From the IMG/VR virus record IMGVR_UViG_3300049211_000017, positions 1-46,730 of that record: DNA of 46,730 nucleotides, one strand, 5' to 3'. The notes beneath the pieces are model-generated. The model saw only the letters and a program-made list of their open reading frames with translations. It was not told the origin of the DNA and did not search any database. The position numbers and the translations under genes were made by a program. The stretch is from a virus. This document shows, piece by piece, positions 40,703 to 46,730 of this stretch; within the stretch, counting starts at the first letter, position 1; each line of letters opens with the position of its first letter.

Positions 40703-43678
40703 CTATTTGCGGACAACAGCTTTGACCGTTCCGCTCGCGAGATCAACCGCACCACCCGAGGCGTTCGACAGCACCGCCGTCACCGTGTCAGTCGCAGAGA
40801 CGTAGCCAGAGAGCACGAGCCCACCGAGCGAATTTGAGAACGAGATGCGTTCCAAAAAATCCCCGAGAGCCGCTCCCGTCACTGTCACCGTCGTCGTCAC
40901 CTGCGCACCGTCTGCCACACTGGCCGGGTCCCATGTCGCCGATCCCGTCAGCGGCCCGCTCCACGTCGCCGCCGTCGCATGACCCGTGGTGCATTCATAA
41001 TAGCGGTCCTCGGTCGCGAGCGGGACGCGCTTGGTCCAGCGCATGCCGGCGAACCCACCCTTGTTCGTGGCGGATGCCGGGGCAGTATCCGACATCACCA
41101 CCGCGTCGATTTCGAGCTTGACGACGGTTCCCGAAATCACCGCCGCATAGAGATTGTCGGCCTCTGGAATGGTTCCGGTCATCCGCAGGAAATAGCGGCT
41201 ATCGACGTTCGCGCCTGCCGAGATCGCCGCCGACAGCAGATAGGCGGCATTGCCTCTTGCCGGGACGCGCTGAATATCAAGTGCCGCCGAATAGGGGTTG
41301 TTGAAGCCGGCGACGGTCTGATGGTCGGTCGAATAGATGATACCACCGCCCCGGCCGACCCCAAGGTCGCCGCCGATCAACGTGACCAGCCCCGCCTTGT
41401 GGCTGATCCGCGCGGTATAATCACCAATGAAGCGCGGATTGACCAGCCGGACACGGTTGAGATAGCCGCTGTTCGACGGGAAGAACGCCTGGTTGATCTG
41501 GACGCCATGATAGCTGCCGTTGAGGTTCGGCCGCGCCCCGTCGATGGTGCAGTCGATCAGGTCGACGATCGCGTTCGGGCACGCCGCACTCCCCGACGAG
41601 TTCGAGACCATCACGACGCAGCCCTGATCGTTGGTGACATTAACATCCGATGGTACGACCCCGGTCGAGCGAGGGCGATGGCGGATGCGGGTGCCATTGA
41701 ACACCAGCTTGCCCGGCGGGACGGTCGCGATTGTCAGCGCCGCGCGCTCATTGCCTTCGATCAGGCCGCCGTTGAACAGGATCGAGGCGAACCCCGTCGT
41801 ACCCAGAAAAATCTGGCGCGGCCCGCGCAACGTACACTGGTCGAAGCGATAATCGCCGAAGATCACGAGGAAATTGTTGCCGCCCGTGGCATCCATCGTC
41901 ATGTCGGTGATCACCGAATCCATGCGATCGACGCCGAGCAGCAGCGTCAAAGTCAGCCCGGTGCCGGTGCCGCCGATCGTCGTGACCCCGGTCAGGCTCG
42001 ACGGCAACTGGCTGTAGGCGCCTTCGTCGCGGCACATGATCGCGGTAACGACCCCCGCCGTGGTCGCCGTTACCGTCACCTGATAGGGTCGGGAATATTC
42101 ACCGCCGACGACATCAACGACATCGCCCATCTCATAGCCAGATCCGCCTGAGACGATCGTTGTCCCCGAGGCGCGGAGAACCGTGGTCGAGGCCATCCAG
42201 CCGCCCGACAGTTCATCGTCGAAGCCGAGCCCCCAACCGGTGCCGCGCCAGCCGGTCGAGCGGCGGATGTGCGCGCAAACCGCCGTGCGCCCGCCCCGGA
42301 AACAGTTGTGCGATGAACAGCCTATATCGGTGATGTCGATATAGGTGCCGGTGTAGATGCCGTCGCCCTGCGCGTTCTGGAAGCGGCAGTCCTTGAAATT
42401 GAAACGTGGGGCATAGGTGTTGGTGAGCGGCGTCCTGATCCAGAAGGCGGCGTTATGCTCGGTCACGCCCTGGGCAATGTCGCCGTTCTTGTAATAATCA
42501 CCGCTGCCCTTGACCGTCGCCGTCCCGCCCGATCCAGTCCCGCCCGAGAACGATACCGCGAGCGTCCCGCCATTGTCGGGATAGTCGGCGTAGAGATACC
42601 CCGTACCACGCGCGCCCTTGGCGACGTGAACCAACCCCCAGCTCGCCGGGGTCCATGTGAAGCCAGACCGACCAGACAAAGCAGTGCCGTTGATATCAAC
42701 CACCGAAGCTTGCGCAATCGCGCCCGTGGGCAACGTGCTGTAGCCACCGCCTTCGAGAATCTCGCAGGTATCGACAGCACTTCCCGAAAGCGTCAGCACC
42801 TTCAACCGGATGAAGGTTGAGTTGAGCAACACCCCCGAGGTGCCGGTCGCCAACACGATGATGTCACCAACCGAGAAGCCTGTTCCCGCCGCTGAAATCG
42901 ATCCGGTGAGTGCCCCATAATAGCCGGTCGCGGTCATCCCCGATCCGGTGCCGCCGGTGATCGTGAGTGTCGGGAGCGCGGTGTACGAGCCCGGCGCCGT
43001 CACCGGGAACCAGGTTGGTCCCCAAGTCCACGCGCTCGCCGCTTCGCAATTGCCGTCGAAGGTGATGCCCTCAAACCCAAAGTGAACCGGGAAATCGCGA
43101 GCCGCAGCGGGAACGTCGGTCCAGCTATTGGTATTGAACTCCTGCCGCCATGCCGAGCGATGATCGCCATAGGTGGCGTTATCGATCGTCTTAAAGGTCG
43201 TGCCGTAGCCGACGTTGAGCACTAGCGGTCTGGGGATGACGTTGAGGCACCGGATCAGGCCAGGCGGCCATTGCAGCGTCACCAGCCGGTTCGCGGCGAT
43301 GCCGGCAGCGGAAGCTGCTGTGACGGCAGCCTGGCATGCGACGGTCTGGTCGGTCGTGAGTGCGGGGTCGACGCCATAATCGACCGCGTAGAAGACCGAT
43401 GAAGACGCGGCCGTCTGGTTGTCGCGCGTCACCAGCGTGACCCCGGCCGCCGTCTTCAGGACATATTTATAATCGCGATTCTGAAGCCATATCGCGCTAA
43501 ACCTGCCATTGGCATCGGCTACCACCGGGTTTGCGTTGGCGGTAGACAGGATGCGATCCGAATAGGTGGCGAGCCGCGTCGAAGTGCCGGCGGCGTAGAA
43601 GTCGATCGTCGCCCCGGCGAGCGGCGCGCCCGATGCGCTGACAACACTGAAAATGCCGATGTCGAAAAGTGACGCCAT
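40703..43678 (-). CDS. Large tailspike/tail fibre with beta-helix and repeated GGxGxG modules (991 aa from ATG 43678)
   Basis: N-terminus MASLFDIGIFSV..IDFYAAGTSTRLATYSD..NPVVADANGRF. Repeats GGTGSGMTATGYYG and SGGSGYEMGDVVDVVGGEY. Sits at the P22 gp9 position. Confidence 0.7.
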   Translation of the reverse strand: MASLFDIGIFSVVSASGAPLAGATIDFYAAGTSTRLATYSDRILSTANANPVVADANGRFSAIWLQNRDYKYVLKTAAGVTLVTRDNQTAASSSVFYAVDYGVDPALTTDQTVACQAAVTAASAAGIAANRLVTLQWPPGLIRCLNVIPRPLVLNVGYGTTFKTIDNATYGDHRSAWRQEFNTNSWTDVPAAARDFPVHFGFEGITFDGNCEAASAWTWGPTWFPVTAPGSYTALPTLTITGGTGSGMTATGYYGALTGSISAAGTGFSVGDIIVLATGTSGVLLNSTFIRLKVLTLSGSAVDTCEILEGGGYSTLPTGAIAQASVVDINGTALSGRSGFTWTPASWGLVHVAKGARGTGYLYADYPDNGGTLAVSFSGGTGSGGTATVKGSGDYYKNGDIAQGVTEHNAAFWIRTPLTNTYAPRFNFKDCRFQNAQGDGIYTGTYIDITDIGCSSHNCFRGGRTAVCAHIRRSTGWRGTGWGLGFDDELSGGWMASTTVLRASGTTIVSGGSGYEMGDVVDVVGGEYSRPYQVTVTATTAGVVTAIMCRDEGAYSQLPSSLTGVTTIGGTGTGLTLTLLLGVDRMDSVITDMTMDATGGNNFLVIFGDYRFDQCTLRGPRQIFLGTTGFASILFNGGLIEGNERAALTIATVPPGKLVFNGTRIRHRPRSTGVVPSDVNVTNDQGCVVMVSNSSGSAACPNAIVDLIDCTIDGARPNLNGSYHGVQINQAFFPSNSGYLNRVRLVNPRFIGDYTARISHKAGLVTLIGGDLGVGRGGGIIYSTDHQTVAGFNNPYSAALDIQRVPARGNAAYLLSAAISAGANVDSRYFLRMTGTIPEADNLYAAVISGTVVKLEIDAVVMSDTAPASATNKGGFAGMRWTKRVPLATEDRYYECTTGHATAATWSGPLTGSATWDPASVADGAQVTTTVTVTGAALGDFLERISFSNSLGGLVLSGYVSATDTVTAVLSNASGGAVDLASGTVKAVVRK

Positions 43679-43902
43679 CCGGGAGAACCTGCATCCAGCG
43701 CCGCAGCGCGTTGACGGATGTGGTTTTCTGGACTGGCGTGCGCGGCCCACGACGCGCAGCAACGAACGTGCCTGCCGCAGAGGTTCTAGACTATTTGAGC
43801 GCGAAAGGAAAGCGTGTTAGGCTGATGGAGATGAAGGTCTGGCACGCGCTGCTAATATTCAGCTTTGCCTATGTTATCGGCCGCAAAAAGGGCGTGGCTT
43901 TG

Positions 43903-45978
43903 TTATTGCTCGTCTGGCCCTTGATTTGGTGAAGCGGCAACGCTGCCGGATCTGGCCAAATTGTCGTTCGCCCCTTGGAGTATCCTTTCGAAGGCCGTAA
44001 TGTCAGCCGGGGCATTGTCGCGTGATGCGATCGCCGCGAGTTGGGCAAGGTGTGACTTGACCGCGCCTGGGCCTTGCGCTGGCTGGATTTTCCCAGCCTT
44101 GGCAAGCCAGCGGACATATTGCGGATGTACGAGCAGTTTGCCAGCGCCAAATTGCATCCCGGCCGCAACAATGGCCGCAGGATAATTTGCGAACCCGAGG
44201 CCCGTCAAAAACGTAAGATTGGTTCCGATCGAGGTGTTGGAAAAGTTCTGGAGCTTGCCGGCCTCCTTCATCCCGTTCGCGACGGTGGCGAGGTCGTCTA
44301 GAGATTTGCGAAGGGCCTGGTTCTCGCCGAACAACACCGACTTGGCGCGCGGTGACATCTTATTCCATTGCGTGACGAATTGACCAGGGGAAAATACAGT
44401 CCCCGCCGCGTCCTGCGTGCCGGCAGACGCCTCACCCAACTTCTTGATAACGGTGGCGCGCACGGTTGCGGCCTCTTCGTCGGGAAGCGACCGCAACAAG
44501 CGGGAAAGTTTAGCAGGATCGCCACCTTCCTTTTTCCCGAGGCGGAGCAATGATTCATAGGCCGGCTGTCCGCCCTTTCCGCCGTCCTTGCCCAAAACGA
44601 CAGACAGGACATTGTCAATCCTGTCCTGCCGCGCCTTCCAATAGGCATTGGCGCGCTTGAGATCGGTCAGAGCTTTAGGCGGAGCCGCGCCGGTCTTACT
44701 CGCCACTTCGACCGAACGCTCTATATCACCCGACAAGGCGGCATAAACCCGCTTGAGATCGGCGGTCTTGATGTCATCGGTAAGCGAAGGATTGCGCAAA
44801 GCCTCGCCTACCGCCGTCCGCAATCTCCGTGCGGCTTCCAGTGGGATAGAACCGGTGCCCCCAGCGTCACTGGCGAGGGCCTCGCCGAATTTTTTGAGCG
44901 TCGGATTTTGCATTAACGCTGCAATCTCTGGCGTTTGCGACAAGGTGCGGAGCGTCTGACGGGTCGCCGCTATGGTCTCATCGACTACAACCGGCGTCTG
45001 AGGCGCAATCGGAGCAAGGGCTTTGTCGAACAGGTCGCCGCCGCGTTTGCCAGACTGTTCGATAAACGTCCGCGCACCCTTCTGTGCGGCTTCACCAGCC
45101 CCTTCGGCATCGGCCACGCGGCCCGCCCCCTCGGCTATGACATTGCGTGCCGTTCCTACGCTTTCGACCGATTCCTTAGCCGCCTTCGCCATGGGGATAG
45201 CTCCGAGCGTCTTGGCCCCGTAGGAACTGAGCATCTTGGTTGTCGTACCACCGACATCAGCTGGCAGAACTTTGGCCCCGATGCGATCGGCGGCAGCCGC
45301 CACTTCCTGTCCCGGCGAGACGCGCGATAGTAGCGGCGCGGGGCTTTCGATGCCGAGCGCCTTGGGTAGCGATTTCGCGAACGGGGTCACGCCGGGGATT
45401 GTCATCAATCCCGCGCCGAGCTGCCCGACTATTCTAACCCCTTTGCCAACGGCGTCGTCTGGCGTCGGGGCGGCCTTTTCGATCAAGCCGCCAATCGTGA
45501 TTGGATTGTAGAGGTTGGTGCGCGCGGTTTCACCAGCCTGTCGAATGCTTTCGCCATCCAACCCGAGCGCGTCAGCGCCAGCGCCAATCGCCTTGGCGCC
45601 GTAACGCGCGCCCTCGCCCATGACCGCACCCAGCGCGTTCGTCGCAGCATCGGGGATGCCCGCAAGGCCTTGCCCCACCGCCGCCAAGGCATTGGCTGTT
45701 GACCCGCCCCATGTCGGAGCTTCCGCGACATCCGACGGCGGAACATCCACCAATCCAACCGGCGCGCTATCCATTTGAAATTCAGACCATGGATCGCCCG
45801 CTTGCTGCTCGTCTGTCGCTTCGGATGGTGCAGCGTCCCCGCCGACAATATCGACGCGCAACGGTCTCCCGGTGCCCGCGCCGCCGCTATAGCCAGGGCC
45901 TGCCTGCGGAACGATCGGCAACCGGCTATCGGGGACCGGCGGTTCGTCCATCTGGAACTCGGCCCATGCGTCCTCCAT
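43903..45978 (-). CDS. Ejection/internal virion protein candidate (691 aa)
   Basis: Sits at the P22 gp16 position. Ala/Gly-rich and largely helical. N-terminal duplicated motif AWAEFQMD / PWSEFQMD. Confidence 0.6.
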   Translation of the reverse strand: MEDAWAEFQMDEPPVPDSRLPIVPQAGPGYSGGAGTGRPLRVDIVGGDAAPSEATDEQQAGDPWSEFQMDSAPVGLVDVPPSDVAEAPTWGGSTANALAAVGQGLAGIPDAATNALGAVMGEGARYGAKAIGAGADALGLDGESIRQAGETARTNLYNPITIGGLIEKAAPTPDDAVGKGVRIVGQLGAGLMTIPGVTPFAKSLPKALGIESPAPLLSRVSPGQEVAAAADRIGAKVLPADVGGTTTKMLSSYGAKTLGAIPMAKAAKESVESVGTARNVIAEGAGRVADAEGAGEAAQKGARTFIEQSGKRGGDLFDKALAPIAPQTPVVVDETIAATRQTLRTLSQTPEIAALMQNPTLKKFGEALASDAGGTGSIPLEAARRLRTAVGEALRNPSLTDDIKTADLKRVYAALSGDIERSVEVASKTGAAPPKALTDLKRANAYWKARQDRIDNVLSVVLGKDGGKGGQPAYESLLRLGKKEGGDPAKLSRLLRSLPDEEAATVRATVIKKLGEASAGTQDAAGTVFSPGQFVTQWNKMSPRAKSVLFGENQALRKSLDDLATVANGMKEAGKLQNFSNTSIGTNLTFLTGLGFANYPAAIVAAGMQFGAGKLLVHPQYVRWLAKAGKIQPAQGPGAVKSHLAQLAAIASRDNAPADITAFERILQGANDNLARSGSVAASPNQGPDEQ

Positions 45979-46730
45979 CAGCGCGTTCCCGTCCGTCCGT
46001 CAGGCGTGATGAACTTGGTGCCGGGCTTGAGCGCGCGAGCTTCGGCCGGGGTGTTGACGCGGACGGTACCGCCGCTCTTAGGCGCGCCACGATCCCGGTA
46101 TGTCGTAAGATCGCCAACGATCCGATCGAGCGACGCCTTGAATGATGCTTCGCTCTGCTTCGGGTCGAGCGCGCCGATCGCGTCGGTCAGTTTCTGGCCC
46201 TCGGCATTGGATAGCGCACCCATCCCCTTCATGCTCTGCACCATCGGGAGAAAGACTTGCGCCTTCATCGTGTCCAGATTGGCCACAAAATCAGCCGCAT
46301 CCGTCCCTGGTACAACCCATCCTCCTATGAGCCCGCCAGTCAGGCCCTTTGCGCCCACGGCAGTGCTAAGTCCGGGATGGGTTTTCAACCTTCCGGCTGT
46401 CTCGATCGCGCGGTTGAAGGCGTCGATAGCCGACTGCGAATAAGGAGCATCGGCCTTGTCGCCATCCTTATCGACCCGCTGCGGAATACCACTCTCATTG
46501 CGATAGTAGACGCCGGGAGCGAGCCCCTCGGCAGCCACTTCCGCAGCGGTCAGGCGGGGGGCCTGGAACTTGGGCTGCTTTGGCACTGGCGGCGTACTTG
46601 CGATAACGCGTGGACCAGACTGGCCACCGCCAGATCCTTGATACATCGCATTTTCCTGCTTCGCCTGCGCGAACTGGAAGCGATCGACATCGGATGCGGC
46701 CAGCCTGTCATTGATACCGATGCCCAGCGC
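45978..46730 (-). CDS. 3' part of the junction-spanning 560-aa ejection protein gene (see 1..1057)
   Basis: Track ORF 45978..46646 is only the portion after an internal Met. The frame stays open to the window end and continues at 1057..128. Confidence 0.8.
   Translation of the reverse strand, partial: ALGIGINDRLAASDVDRFQFAQAKQENAMYQGSGGGQSGPRVIASTPPVPKQPKFQAPRLTAAEVAAEGLAPGVYYRNESGIPQRVDKDGDKADAPYSQSAIDAFNRAIETAGRLKTHPGLSTAVGAKGLTGGLIGGWVVPGTDAADFVANLDTMKAQVFLPMVQSMKGMGALSNAEGQKLTDAIGALDPKQSEASFKASLDRIVGDLTTYRDRGAPKSGGTVRVNTPAEARALKPGTKFITPDGRTGTR
46604..46730. repeat. Terminal direct repeat, copy 2 (identical to 1..127)
   Basis: Exact 127/127 match to the window start. Confidence 0.95.

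Noticed and set aside
32752-43678. Diversity-generating retroelement acting on the fibre or tailspike C-termini, considered because BPP-1-type podoviruses carry one.
   Set aside because: No reverse transcriptase ORF exists anywhere in the window. I saw no template/variable repeat pair near the 3' ends of the fibre genes.
1-46730. tRNA, rRNA, integrase, excisionase, DNA polymerase and methyltransferase genes.
   Set aside because: I scanned intergenic gaps and ORF translations and found no cloverleaf-type conserved T-arm sequence and no recombinase, polymerase or methylase motifs. An absence established by eye is not proof; tRNAscan and HMM scans should confirm it.

Overview
The window is one complete GC-rich tailed-phage replicon. 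Bases 1-127 recur exactly at 46604-46730, so the unique length is 46,603 bp and the sequence closes into a circle; one gene spans that junction.

Two divergent transcription units leave a control region at about 21.82-21.96 kb.

- **Leftward (minus) unit.** It runs 21815 -> 1, wraps, and continues 46730 -> 32752. In order it encodes a small Cro-like HTH protein, two paralogous zinc-ribbon proteins, RusA, a replication initiator with an iteron origin inside its own gene, and a Toprim/DnaB-type primase-helicase. A P22-like morphogenesis order follows: terS, terL, portal, scaffold, capsid, adaptor, gp10-like hub, needle-position gene, three ejection-protein-position genes and a tailspike. Last come a lysis cassette and a second fibre module.
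- **Rightward (plus) unit.** It runs 21964 -> about 32540 and holds roughly 35 small early genes. Recognisable ones are an Erf annealase, a YqaJ exonuclease, a DUF968/HNH-like nuclease and a DEDD 3'-5' exonuclease. The rest are mosaic paralogues.
- **Counter-oriented insertions in the late operon.** Two HNH homing-endonuclease genes and one DUF551-like gene lie on the opposite strand.

I recognised no tRNA, rRNA, CRISPR array, integrase, DNA polymerase or reverse transcriptase.

The most interesting items are:
- a translationally coupled hydroxylase + GNAT pair wedged into the ejection-protein block;
- a 132-bp near-identical gene-junction repeat that is part of a decayed segmental duplication;
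- a primase zinc ribbon in a different frame from its Toprim-helicase body;
- an 82-codon gene overprinted on the portal 3' end;
- HNH genes bracketing the holin/spanin genes.

All family assignments come from motif reading by eye and need HMM or structure confirmation.
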